From Candidatus Limnocylindria bacterium (GTDB lineage: Bacteria > Chloroflexota > Limnocylindria > QHBO01): a stretch of 64,000 nucleotides of DNA. The notes below the pieces were generated by a model. It did not search any database and was not told where the DNA came from. It saw only the letters and a list, made by a program, of their open reading frames with translations. Shown here piece by piece: positions 45,553 to 54,646 of the stretch (positions are counted from its first letter, which is position 1; each line of letters starts with the position of its first letter). The stretch is from assembly GCA_044866355.1 (NCBI GenBank), contig JBIOTW010000033.1:13373-77372 (forward strand). Direction: 5' to 3'. The translations under genes were made by a program, and so were the position numbers.

Positions 45553-46655
45553 TCCCCATCGCCCGCCCGCTGCTCGGCCCCGAGGAGCAGGCGCTGGTCG
45601 CCGAGACCCTGGCTTCCGGCGCCCTGGCCCAGGGGCCGCGCGTTCGGGAGCTCGAGGAGCGGTTCGCGGAATTCGTGGGCGTGCCGCACGCGGTGGCCAC
45701 CTCGTCGGGGACGACCGCCCTGCACCTGGCGCTCCTGGCCGCGGGGGTCGGACCCGGGTTGGAGGTCGTCACCGTTCCGTTCACCTTTATCGCCAGCGCC
45801 AGCAGCGTCGTGTACACCGGCGCCCGCCCGGTCTTCGTCGACATCGATGCCCGCTCGTTCACGATGGACCCGGCGCAGGTCGAGGCCGCCATCACGCCTC
45901 GCACCCGGGCGATCATGCCGGTCAGCCTGTATGGGCAGCCCGCCGACCTGCCGGCGATCGAGGACATCGCCCAACGCCACGGGCTGGCCCTCATCGAGGA
46001 TGCGGCACAGAGCCACGGCGCCGCCCTCGACGGACGCCGCTCGGGGAGCTGGGGGCAGGGCGTCTTCAGCTTCTACCCGACCAAGAACATGACCGCCGCC
46101 GAAGGCGGCATGATCACGACCTCTGATCCAAGCCTCGCCGAATGGTCCCGTCTCCGCCGGGAGCACGGAATGAAGGTCCGCTACCGCCATGACGTGCTGG
46201 GGTACAACTTCCGGATGACCGACATCCACGCCGCCATCGGCCTGGCCCAGCTCGACAAGCTGCCCGCCTTCAACGCCCGCCGGATGGCGATCGCCGGCCG
46301 CTACGCCCAGTCGCTGCGGGGTGTCGTGACGCCGTGGCAGCGTCCAGACGCGACTCATGTCTTCCACCAGTACACGTTGCGGGTGGTGCAGCGCGATGCC
46401 TTCGTCGAGCGCTTGCGCCAGCGTGGGGTGGGGACCGGCGTCTACTACCCGATCCCGGTCCACCGCCAGCAGCCGTTCATCGACCTGGGCTACGGCGATC
46501 AGTCGTTCCCGGTCAGCGAGCAGCTGACCGAGGAGGTCGTCTCCATCCCGGTCCACCCCGGGCTCAGCGACGAGGACGTGGACACGGTCATCGAGGCGGT
46601 GAACGCGACCACATCCGAGCTGGGTTCGCACCCGGAGAGTCGGGTGGCGGCGTGA
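45549..46655 (+). CDS. DegT/DnrJ/EryC1/StrS PLP-dependent sugar aminotransferase, WbpE-like
   Basis: GTG overlapping the upstream stop; SSGTTALHLAL, FSFYPTKNMTAAEGG (PLP lysine). Confidence 0.85.
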   Translation: MIPIARPLLGPEEQALVAETLASGALAQGPRVRELEERFAEFVGVPHAVATSSGTTALHLALLAAGVGPGLEVVTVPFTFIASASSVVYTGARPVFVDIDARSFTMDPAQVEAAITPRTRAIMPVSLYGQPADLPAIEDIAQRHGLALIEDAAQSHGAALDGRRSGSWGQGVFSFYPTKNMTAAEGGMITTSDPSLAEWSRLRREHGMKVRYRHDVLGYNFRMTDIHAAIGLAQLDKLPAFNARRMAIAGRYAQSLRGVVTPWQRPDATHVFHQYTLRVVQRDAFVERLRQRGVGTGVYYPIPVHRQQPFIDLGYGDQSFPVSEQLTEEVVSIPVHPGLSDEDVDTVIEAVNATTSELGSHPESRVAA

Positions 46656-47650
46656 CCGCCGAGCCGCTGCGGGCGGCGGTCATCGGTCTGGGCATGATGG
46701 GCGCGAATCACGCCCGCGTCCTCAACGAGCTGCCCAACGTTGACCTGGTGGCCGTCGCAGACCTCGATCCGGCCGCGGTCCTGCGGGCGACCTCGGGACG
46801 CACGGCACAGGGTTACACGTCGGCCGCGGACATGCTGGCCGCCGAGAAGCCGGACCTCGTGGTGGTGGCGGTCCCCACCTCCCTGCACCTGCCGACCACG
46901 CTCATGGCCCTCGAGGCGGGGGCGCACGTCCTGGTCGAGAAGCCCATCGCGGCCGAGCGAGACCAGGCCGAGCAGATGATCGCCGCGGCCGAGTCGGCGG
47001 GTCGCATCCTGACCGTGGGCCACATCGAGCGCTTCAACCCCGCCATCCGCGAGCTCAGCCGGCGGCTGGACGCCGGCGAGATCGGCCGCGTGTTCCAGGT
47101 CCGTGCATCCCGCCTGGGCCCATTTCCGGCGCGCGTCCGCGACGTGGGGGTCGTGGTCGATCTCGCGCCGCACGACCTGGACGTCATGCGCTACCTCCTC
47201 CGCTCGGAGCCGATCCGGCTGTACGCCGAGACGGAGCAGCGGATCCACACCGACCACGAGGACCTTTTTACTGGGCTCATCAAGTTCGCCTCGGGGGCCG
47301 TCGGCCTGCTGGAGATCAACTGGCTGACTCCCACCAAGGTCCGCACCCTGAGCGTGACCGGCGAGCACGGCATGTACACCGCCGACTACATCACCCAGGA
47401 CCTCGTGTACCACGCCAATCCGGAGTCGGGCTCGGTGGCCGAGGGCGAGATCATCTGGCGCCACATCAAGCGTCAGGAGCCGCTGGTGGTCGAGCTGACC
47501 GAGTTCGCGGCCTCCATCCGGGATGGGGGCGCGCCGCCCGTCGACCCGCGTGACGCCCTGACCGCCCTGCTCCTGGCGCGCGCCATGGTGGATGCCGCGG
47601 AACGCGGCGTGATGCTCGGGCGGGACGAGCTCGCCCAGATGCTGCGTTGA
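46652..47650 (+). CDS. Gfo/Idh/MocA-family NAD-dependent sugar oxidoreductase, WbpB-like
   Basis: GTG overlapping the upstream stop; Rossmann AAVIGLGMMGANHARVL, EKP motif LVEKPIA. Confidence 0.8.
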   Translation: MTAEPLRAAVIGLGMMGANHARVLNELPNVDLVAVADLDPAAVLRATSGRTAQGYTSAADMLAAEKPDLVVVAVPTSLHLPTTLMALEAGAHVLVEKPIAAERDQAEQMIAAAESAGRILTVGHIERFNPAIRELSRRLDAGEIGRVFQVRASRLGPFPARVRDVGVVVDLAPHDLDVMRYLLRSEPIRLYAETEQRIHTDHEDLFTGLIKFASGAVGLLEINWLTPTKVRTLSVTGEHGMYTADYITQDLVYHANPESGSVAEGEIIWRHIKRQEPLVVELTEFAASIRDGGAPPVDPRDALTALLLARAMVDAAERGVMLGRDELAQMLR

Positions 47651-48921
47651 AGATCGCCGTCGTTGGGCTGGGGCACATCGGTCTCCCACTGGCGGTCCAG
47701 TACGCCAGCCGTGGCCACCAGGTGATCGGCTGCGACGTCGACGCCCGGGTGGTGGAGGCCATCAACCGCGGGGAGTCGCCCCACGCCGACGAGCCGGTGC
47801 TGGCCGAGCGTGTCCCCCAGCTCGTGCGGGACGGCCTGCTGAGCGCTACGACCGACGACGAGGCCGGCGTCCGCCAGGCCGAGGTGGTGGTCGTCATCGT
47901 CCCGGTGGTCGTGGACGACGCGCGCGAGGTGGACTACTCGCACATCGACGCCGCCACTCGCGAGGTGGCGCGAGGGCTCCAGCCGGGAACCCTGGTCATC
48001 TACGAGACGACGCTTCCGATCGGGACGACACGGGACCGCCTGGGACCGATGCTGGAGGCCGGGTCCGGCCTCCAGCTGGACCGCGACTTCGCTCTGGCCT
48101 TCTCGCCGGAGCGGGTCCTCGTCGGCCGGGTCCTGCTGGACCTTCAGCGCTACCCGAAGATCGTGGGCGCTACCAGCCCTGAGGGCACGCGGCGGGCGGT
48201 GGATTTCTACACCGCGGTCCTGGAGCCAGGAACCGAGGTCCGGGCCATGGCCAGCGCCGAGGCCGCGGAGATGACGAAGCTGGCCGAGACGACGTACCGC
48301 GACGTGAACATCGCTCTCGCCAACGAGTTTGCGCAGGTCGCGGCGCGGCGCGGGATCGACGTGACGGAGGTCATCGCGGCGGCCAATTCCCAGCCGTACA
48401 GCCATATCCACCAGCCGGGGGTGGGAGTCGGCGGCCACTGCATCCCGGTTTACCCGCACCTGCTGTTCAGTGCCGAGCCCGGCCTGCAGCTTCCGCCCCT
48501 GTCCCGGGCGGTCAACGACGGGATGGCGGCCTACGCCGTGGGCCAGCTGGCGGAGGCCCTGGGCTCGCTCCAGGGGGAGTCGGTGCTGATCCTGGGAATC
48601 GGCTATCGGGGCGACGTCCAGGAGGACTTCTTCAGCAGCGCCTTCCTGCTCCGCGAAGCGCTGCAGGCCGGCGGCGCCCGCACATACGCGCACGACCCGT
48701 ACTTCGACGCCGACCACCTCCGCCATCGTGGGTTCGAGCCCTACGACCTGGCCGCTCCGCAACCCGTGCGCGCCGCGATCCTCCAGGCAGCCCACACGGC
48801 CTACCGCGACCTGGACCTCGCCTCGATCCCCGGACTGGAGGTGGTGCTGGACGGCCGAAACGCCCTGGACCGGGAGCGCGTTGAATCGGCCGGCCTCCGC
48901 TACCTGGGAGTCGGGCGCTGA
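47647..48921 (+). CDS. UDP-glucose/GDP-mannose dehydrogenase-family nucleotide-sugar 6-dehydrogenase, WbpA/WecC-like
   Basis: 424 aa; MKIAVVGLGHIGLPLAV, catalytic Cys region GVGVGGHCIPVYP. Confidence 0.85.
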   Translation: MKIAVVGLGHIGLPLAVQYASRGHQVIGCDVDARVVEAINRGESPHADEPVLAERVPQLVRDGLLSATTDDEAGVRQAEVVVVIVPVVVDDAREVDYSHIDAATREVARGLQPGTLVIYETTLPIGTTRDRLGPMLEAGSGLQLDRDFALAFSPERVLVGRVLLDLQRYPKIVGATSPEGTRRAVDFYTAVLEPGTEVRAMASAEAAEMTKLAETTYRDVNIALANEFAQVAARRGIDVTEVIAAANSQPYSHIHQPGVGVGGHCIPVYPHLLFSAEPGLQLPPLSRAVNDGMAAYAVGQLAEALGSLQGESVLILGIGYRGDVQEDFFSSAFLLREALQAGGARTYAHDPYFDADHLRHRGFEPYDLAAPQPVRAAILQAAHTAYRDLDLASIPGLEVVLDGRNALDRERVESAGLRYLGVGR

Positions 48922-48980
48922 CGACGGACGAGCCCGAGCCGCCTCCACGCGTCGGCCTGGCCGCCGGCCGCGGCGTCTGG

Positions 48981-49706
48981 GTGGTCCTGCCCACGTTCAA
49001 CGAGCGCGAGAACCTGCCTCAGGTCAGCGAAGCGATCTTGGCGGCCCTCCCCGAGGCTCGGCTCCTGGTCGTCGATGACCGCTCTCCCGACGGGACCGGG
49101 GATCTGGCCGACACACTGGCGGCCGCCAATCCGCGGATCGAGGTCCTCCATCGGCCGGCCAAGCAGGGCCTGGGGGCGGCCTATCGGGACGGATTCCGGC
49201 ACGTGCTCGACAAGCCCGGGACCGCCGCCATCATCCAGATGGACGCCGATCTCAGCCACGATCCAGCTGATCTGCCACGTCTGCTCGCGCCGCTCATGCG
49301 GGACGCGGACCTCGTCCTCGGCACCCGCTGGATGCCCGGGGGCGGGACCCGCGGCTGGCCGTGGCATCGGCGCCTGATCAGCCGCGGCGGAACGCTCTTT
49401 GCGCGAACGGTGCTTCTGCTTCCGTATCGCGACCTGACCGGCGGCTTCAAGGCCTGGCGCCGCGACCTGCTGGACGCGATCCGCCTCCGCGAGGCCGATG
49501 CCCATGGCTATGGGTTCCAGGTCGAAACGACCTGGTGGGCGCACCGCCGGCGAGCCGCGATCCGGGAGGTCCCGATCATCTTCCGTGAGCGGGTGGCGGG
49601 GACCTCGAAAATGACCGGCTCCATCGTCCGCGAGGCGATCATCCTCGTGCTCCGCCTCCGGTGGCAGGCCGTGGTACGGAGGCTCAGCCGGCCGCGTGGC
49701 GACTGA
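48981..49706 (+). CDS. GT2 polyprenyl-phosphate glycosyltransferase (Dpm1/Ppm1-like)
   Basis: GTG start; VVLPTFNERENL, DDRSPDGT, MDADLSHDP (DxD). Confidence 0.8.
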   Translation: MVLPTFNERENLPQVSEAILAALPEARLLVVDDRSPDGTGDLADTLAAANPRIEVLHRPAKQGLGAAYRDGFRHVLDKPGTAAIIQMDADLSHDPADLPRLLAPLMRDADLVLGTRWMPGGGTRGWPWHRRLISRGGTLFARTVLLLPYRDLTGGFKAWRRDLLDAIRLREADAHGYGFQVETTWWAHRRRAAIREVPIIFRERVAGTSKMTGSIVREAIILVLRLRWQAVVRRLSRPRGD

Positions 49707-49785
49707 TGAGCGCTTCGGGTAGCATGCGCGCTCGCCCGGCCCGTCCACCCGACGATCGTCCCTGCCTCGCGCTGACAGGAGCCGC

Positions 49786-51519
49786 ATGACCTACCGCAGC
49801 CGCCCCGCCCCCCGCCGCCGTCATCGGGCGCGCTGGCAGGACGAGCTTCGGACTCAGCGCCTGCTCGTCGCCGGGTTCGCGGCGGCGATTGCCATCGCCC
49901 TCGGCCTGTTCGGGATGACCGCGTGGATCGGTTACTACGACAGCCACCTGCGCCAGATGGCGATCGTCGAGGGCACAACCGTCACGCGCGAGGCGCTGGA
50001 CCTGCGCCAGGCGATCATCGGGGCCGAGCTGCAGGCCACCGGGCTGGACCTGAACGGCCAGCTCGGCGGGGCGCGCGACGCGGTTCTCCAGCAGCAACTG
50101 TCGGTGATCGTGGATCAGTTCAACAACCTCACCACCACCGCCATCGGCTCCACCGTGGACGGCCTGTTCCAGGCGACGCGGGCCGCCGACCTGGGGATCA
50201 GCGTCAGTGATGCCGAGATCGACGCCGAGATCGCGACCCGCCAGACCTTGCCGGCGCGCGTCCAGCTCTCGCTCATCTCGGTGGATGCCCTGCCCGAAGA
50301 CGCACCGATCGGCACCGAGCCGACCGAGGACGACTTCGCCCGAGCCGCGACCGAAGCCGATGACATCCGCGCCGAGCTCGACGCCGGCGGCGACGTCGCC
50401 GCCATCGCCGCCGAGCGATCCGACGATGCGGGATCGGCGCAGTTGGATGGTCTGGTCGGATGGGTGGAGGAGGCCGACGCCCAGTACGGCTACCTGTTCC
50501 CGCTGGCGGAGGGCGCCGAGGCCGGCGACCTGATCGGGCCATCCCGCACCGAGAACGGATTCGTCATCCTCCGCGTGGACGGCCGCACCGACGAGGGCCC
50601 CTTCACCAGCCTCCTCGACCTGCTCGCGTCGGCGCGGGTCACCGAAACGGACTATCGGTCGTACGTCGCCGACGAGCTCCAGCGCCGCGCGTTTCGTGCC
50701 TACTTCGAGCAGGAAGTCGTGGGCTCCCCGGCTCCCCAGCGCGAGATCGCGCAGATCATGATCCTGAACGACCAGGGCGCGCCGGTCCCCAAGCAGCGCC
50801 TTCGCCACCTGCTGGCCCAGCCGCTGCCCGGGGCGGAGGACCAGTCCGTGGCGACCGAGGCCGAGTGGGCGGCCGCGCTGGCCCGGGCGGAGGCCTGGCA
50901 TGCCGAAGTCCAGGAGCCGAACGCCGACTGGTTCGCGATAGCCATGCAGAGCGACGACCCGGGCTCGCGCACCAACGGCGGCGACCTGGGCTGGTATGAC
51001 CCGGCCACCGGCCAGTTCGTGCCGGAGTTCGAGGCCGCCGTGGCCCGGCTCGCGGTGGGGGAGATCAGCGAACCGATCCGCAGCCAGTTTGGCTACCACG
51101 TGATCCAGGTCACCGACCAGCGCACGACGGCCCTGGATTTCGCGCAGAACCTGATCGACGAGCTCCAGGCCGACCCGGATACGTTCGGTGCGGCGGCCCT
51201 GGCCAACAGCGAGGACTCCGCCACCCGGGCGGAGGAGGGATATGCCGGATGGGTGGCCCACTACGAGGAGACCGCGGGTCGGGAGGCGGCCATCTTCGCG
51301 CTGGAGGAGATCGGCGACATCAGCACCACCCCGGTGGTGGAGGGCAATCAGATCTGGATCTTCAAGCTCCTCAACTCGGTCGAGGCGCGCGCCATCGACA
51401 ACACGCGGCTGAGCACGATCCGGTCGACCGGCTACACCCGCTGGTACGACGAGCTGAAGGCGGGTGGACAGATCTGGATCGATCCGCAGCTCCAACTGGA
51501 GGCCGCCTCGGCGGCGTGA
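49786..51519 (+). CDS. Membrane-anchored peptidyl-prolyl cis-trans isomerase, parvulin (PpiC) type, SurA/PrsA-like
   Basis: 577 aa; N-terminal TM; long chaperone-like region; PpiC domain GGDLGWYDPATGQFVPEFEAAVARLAVGEISEPIRSQFGYHVIQV. Confidence 0.7.
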   Translation: MTYRSRPAPRRRHRARWQDELRTQRLLVAGFAAAIAIALGLFGMTAWIGYYDSHLRQMAIVEGTTVTREALDLRQAIIGAELQATGLDLNGQLGGARDAVLQQQLSVIVDQFNNLTTTAIGSTVDGLFQATRAADLGISVSDAEIDAEIATRQTLPARVQLSLISVDALPEDAPIGTEPTEDDFARAATEADDIRAELDAGGDVAAIAAERSDDAGSAQLDGLVGWVEEADAQYGYLFPLAEGAEAGDLIGPSRTENGFVILRVDGRTDEGPFTSLLDLLASARVTETDYRSYVADELQRRAFRAYFEQEVVGSPAPQREIAQIMILNDQGAPVPKQRLRHLLAQPLPGAEDQSVATEAEWAAALARAEAWHAEVQEPNADWFAIAMQSDDPGSRTNGGDLGWYDPATGQFVPEFEAAVARLAVGEISEPIRSQFGYHVIQVTDQRTTALDFAQNLIDELQADPDTFGAAALANSEDSATRAEEGYAGWVAHYEETAGREAAIFALEEIGDISTTPVVEGNQIWIFKLLNSVEARAIDNTRLSTIRSTGYTRWYDELKAGGQIWIDPQLQLEAASAA

Positions 51520-51530
51520 GCGAGGCCAGG

Positions 51531-52652
51531 ATGACCGATGCCTGGCGCGGACTCGACGGGCTCCTGGCTGCCGCCGGGCTGGATGCGGCCGACGGCGTGC
51601 AGGCCGTCTCGGCCGATCGGCTGGTGGCGGTTGCGTTTGACCCGAGCCTGCCGCTCCTGATTTTGGCCACGGCTGCCTCAGCGGGGGATGCCGCCCCCGC
51701 GCTGCCTGGTCGCCATGCTCGATCCGGCCCGCACGCGGTCCTGGCCGCCCTCTACCCGCACGGCCATCCGATCCGTCCCCTGCCCGGCGGTGAGCCCACC
51801 ACCATCGATGCGGTGGACGACGCGATGCTGCGCGCCGGCGACTGGTTCGTCCCGCCGCTGCCCCCCGACGACAACCTCGCCTCCCCGCATGGCATGGCCG
51901 CCATCAGTGCGCGGTTGCGGGCGCCGGACGGCTGCCCGTGGGATCGGCGCCAGGACCACCGCAGCCTGCGGACCTATCTTCTCGAGGAAGCCTACGAGAC
52001 GGTGGACGCCATCGAGCGTGGCAACCCGGCGGACCTCGCCGAGGAGCTCGGCGACCTGTTCCTGCAGGTCGTCCTCCACGCCCAACTGGCAGCCGAGGAA
52101 GGCCATTTCGATCTGACCGATGTGTACCGGACCCTGGGAGCCAAGATCGTCCGGCGCCATCCGCACGTCTTCGGGGGCCTGGCCGTGAGCGGCGTCGAGC
52201 AGGTGCTCCGGAACTGGGAGACGATCAAGTCCGCCGAACGCGAGGAGGCGGGTCGGCCGCCCGCCTCGTTCGAGGGCGTGGCCCGCGCGTTGCCGGCACT
52301 GCCGGCCAGCCGGGAGATCCAGGAGCGGGCCTCGGCCCTGGGCTGGGACTGGCCGGCGATCGAGGGCGTGTGGGACAAGGTCGGCGAGGAGCTGGACGAG
52401 CTTCGGGCCGCGGCTGCGGACTCGCCGATGCCAGAGGCACGCCTGCACGAGCTCGGCGACGTCCTGTTCGCCCTCGTCAACCTGGGCCGCTGGCTGGGAG
52501 TCGATCCCGAGGAGGCGCTGCGGTCCGCCAACCGACGCTGGGTCGAGCGCTGGGCGGCTGTCGAAGCGCTGGCGGCCGAGCGTGGGCTGGTCCTCGCCGA
52601 CCTGGATGCCGAGGGCAAGGACCGGCTGTGGAACGAGGTCAAGGCCAGGTGA
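51531..52652 (+). CDS. mazG: Nucleoside triphosphate pyrophosphohydrolase MazG (tandem MazG domains)
   Basis: ATG at 51531 in the context tgaccgATG; EExxE motifs LLEEAYETVDAIE and DELGDVLFALVNLGR. The upstream part of the track ORF overlaps the PPIase. Confidence 0.8.
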   Translation: MTDAWRGLDGLLAAAGLDAADGVQAVSADRLVAVAFDPSLPLLILATAASAGDAAPALPGRHARSGPHAVLAALYPHGHPIRPLPGGEPTTIDAVDDAMLRAGDWFVPPLPPDDNLASPHGMAAISARLRAPDGCPWDRRQDHRSLRTYLLEEAYETVDAIERGNPADLAEELGDLFLQVVLHAQLAAEEGHFDLTDVYRTLGAKIVRRHPHVFGGLAVSGVEQVLRNWETIKSAEREEAGRPPASFEGVARALPALPASREIQERASALGWDWPAIEGVWDKVGEELDELRAAAADSPMPEARLHELGDVLFALVNLGRWLGVDPEEALRSANRRWVERWAAVEALAAERGLVLADLDAEGKDRLWNEVKAR

Positions 52653-53854
52653 GCGAGACTCGCGTCGCGCTGGTGGCCCACGCGTCGCTCCCCGACGACA
52701 CGCGGGTGCGACGCCAGGCCGAGGCCCTGCGCGACGCGGGCTATGGCGTGGACCTGTTCGGGCTGCGCGATCCTGGGCAGCCGGAGGTCGAGGAGTGGCG
52801 CGGGCTGCGCATCGTGCGGCTGCCGGTCCGGCGTTCGTTCACCGGCTTCGCGGGGCACCTGGCCGAGTACCTGGCCTTCGCGAGCCTGGCCGCCGTCCGG
52901 CTGGCCGCCGAGCATCGGCAGCGGCGGTACCGGCTGGTGCAGGTAGCGACCCTACCCGACTTTCTCGCCTTCGCCGCGCTGCCCGTTCGGCTGACCGGCG
53001 TTCCGCTGCTCCTCGACCTGCACGAGGACATGCCGGCATTCTTCCGAGACCGGTTCGACAGCCCGGTCCTGCTGCCCCTGGTGGGTATCGTGAACCTGAC
53101 GGCGCGGGCGAGCGCTGCCATCGCGGACGCGATCATCACCGTCCATGAGCCGCTTCGCGAGCTGGCAATCGGACGCGGCGTTCCGGCGCACCGCATCTCG
53201 GTCGTCATGGACAGCGCTGACGAGCGCCTCTTCGACCCTGCCCGCCATCCGCGTCGGCCGTTCATGGAGGACGGCCGGCTGCGGCTCATCCACCACAGCA
53301 ACCTGCAGCGGATCTACGGCCTCGACCTGGCGGTGGAAGCCGTGTCGCTGCTCCCCGCGGATCTGCACGCGCACCTCGACGTCTACGGCGACGGTCCGTT
53401 TCGCGGCCAGGTCGAGGCCGCCATCGCCCGCCACGACGTCGCCGACCGCGTCACGCTCCACGGCCGGGTTGCGCAGGACGCGCTGCCCGAGCTCCTGGCT
53501 TCGGCCGACATCGGTCTGGTCCCCACCCGGCCCGAACCGTACATGGCCTACTCGCTGTCGACCAAGCTGATCGAATACGTGGCCATGGGGGTTCCGGTCA
53601 TCGCCAGCGAGCTGCGGACCTTCCGGTCGCACTTCGACGCGGCGGCCGTCCGCTACGTTCCCGGCGGGGATCCGCGCGCGCTGGCGACGGCGATCGAGGC
53701 GCTTGCCGCCGACCCGGCCGGTGCCGAGGCGCTGGCCATCGAGGCCCGACGCCAGGCCGAGCCGTATGCCTGGGCCGTCCAGTCCGCCCACTACCTGGCC
53801 CTTGTCGACGGTCTCCTGGAGCGCGGTAGACTCGTCGCATCCGGCGGGGTGTAG
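52649..53854 (+). CDS. Glycosyltransferase family 4
   Basis: GTG overlapping the mazG stop; GT-B C-terminal domain with STKLIEYVAMGVPVIAS; annotated 3' end overlaps the tRNA 5' end by 10 nt. Confidence 0.75.
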   Translation: MSETRVALVAHASLPDDTRVRRQAEALRDAGYGVDLFGLRDPGQPEVEEWRGLRIVRLPVRRSFTGFAGHLAEYLAFASLAAVRLAAEHRQRRYRLVQVATLPDFLAFAALPVRLTGVPLLLDLHEDMPAFFRDRFDSPVLLPLVGIVNLTARASAAIADAIITVHEPLRELAIGRGVPAHRISVVMDSADERLFDPARHPRRPFMEDGRLRLIHHSNLQRIYGLDLAVEAVSLLPADLHAHLDVYGDGPFRGQVEAAIARHDVADRVTLHGRVAQDALPELLASADIGLVPTRPEPYMAYSLSTKLIEYVAMGVPVIASELRTFRSHFDAAAVRYVPGGDPRALATAIEALAADPAGAEALAIEARRQAEPYAWAVQSAHYLALVDGLLERGRLVASGGV

Positions 53855-53921
53855 CGCAGCCCGGTAGCGCACCTGCTTTGGGAGCAGGAGGTCGGCGGTT
53901 CGAATCCGCCCGCCCCGACCA
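53845..53921 (+). tRNA. tRNA-Pro (anticodon UGG)
   Basis: Hand-folded cloverleaf: acceptor CGGGGUG/CGCCCCG, D-arm GCGC/GCGC, anticodon stem CCUGC/GCAGG with loop UUUGGGA, T-arm GGCGG-UUCGAAU-CCGCC, discriminator A, encoded CCA; 77 nt. Confidence 0.85.
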
Positions 53922-53959
53922 TCCATTCGGTTCACCCAGCGGAGGATGACCGCGCACCG

Positions 53960-54646
53960 ATGACCACGGCCCATCCGAGCCATCCGCCGGCGCATGAGCT
54001 GGTGGTTCCCGAGGCGCCGATGGGAACCGGCTATCGGGTCGCCAAACGCGCCTTCGACGTCATCGGCTCCATCGTCGGCCTGGTTCTGGCGTCCCCCATC
54101 CTGCTTGGCGTGGGAGTCGCGGTCCGGCTCGACTCGCCCGGACCGATCCTCTTCCGCCAGGTCCGGCTGGGACTCGGTGGCCGGCCGTTCACGCTGTTGA
54201 AGTTTCGGACCATGCACCTCAGCGCGGACGAGCGCCGGCACCAGGAGCACATCCGCGAGCTGCTGCCCCCCGGTGGGACCGCCGACGAGGCCATCTGGAC
54301 GCCCATCGCGGCTGACCCTCGGGTCACGGGCATCGGCGCCTTCCTGCGGAAGTCACACCTCGACGAGCTGCCGCAGCTGGTCAACGTCCTGCGCGGCGAG
54401 ATGAGCCTGGTCGGTCCACGGCCCCCGATCCCCTACGAGGTTGAGCTATACGAGCCGTGGCACCTGCCTCGGCTGTCGGTGGCGCCGGGCCTGACGGGGC
54501 TGTGGCAGTCCCGCGGCTGGGGCCAGCTGAGCTTCGCGGAGGGCGTCAAGCTCGACCTCGAGTACGTCGAGCGCCGTTCGTTTGGGCTCGACCTGCGGAT
54601 CATCCTCCGGACGGCGTGGCAATACCTGTTGGGTCGCCAGTTCTAG
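53960..54646 (+). CDS. Bacterial sugar transferase (polyprenyl-phosphate phosphoglycosyl transferase, WbaP/WecA-like small type)
   Basis: 228 aa; KRAFDVIGSIVGLVLASPIL, RPFTLLKFRTM, PGLTGLWQ. Confidence 0.85.
   Translation: MTTAHPSHPPAHELVVPEAPMGTGYRVAKRAFDVIGSIVGLVLASPILLGVGVAVRLDSPGPILFRQVRLGLGGRPFTLLKFRTMHLSADERRHQEHIRELLPPGGTADEAIWTPIAADPRVTGIGAFLRKSHLDELPQLVNVLRGEMSLVGPRPPIPYEVELYEPWHLPRLSVAPGLTGLWQSRGWGQLSFAEGVKLDLEYVERRSFGLDLRIILRTAWQYLLGRQF

Noticed and set aside
53845-53921. tRNA-Pro as boundary of an integrated mobile element or genomic island
   Set aside because: No integrase, recombinase, phage or transposase genes and no obvious direct repeat of the tRNA 3' end nearby; flanking genes on both sides belong to the same glycopolymer pathway.
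44305-54250. Series of minus-strand ORFs (44305-45156, 45294-46631, 47473-48948, 49684-51495, 51992-52915, 52952-54250) and 61417-62790
   Set aside because: Each is antisense to a motif-supported plus-strand gene of the sugar-nucleotide/glycosyltransferase string or the Cys/Met enzyme; GC3-driven open frames.
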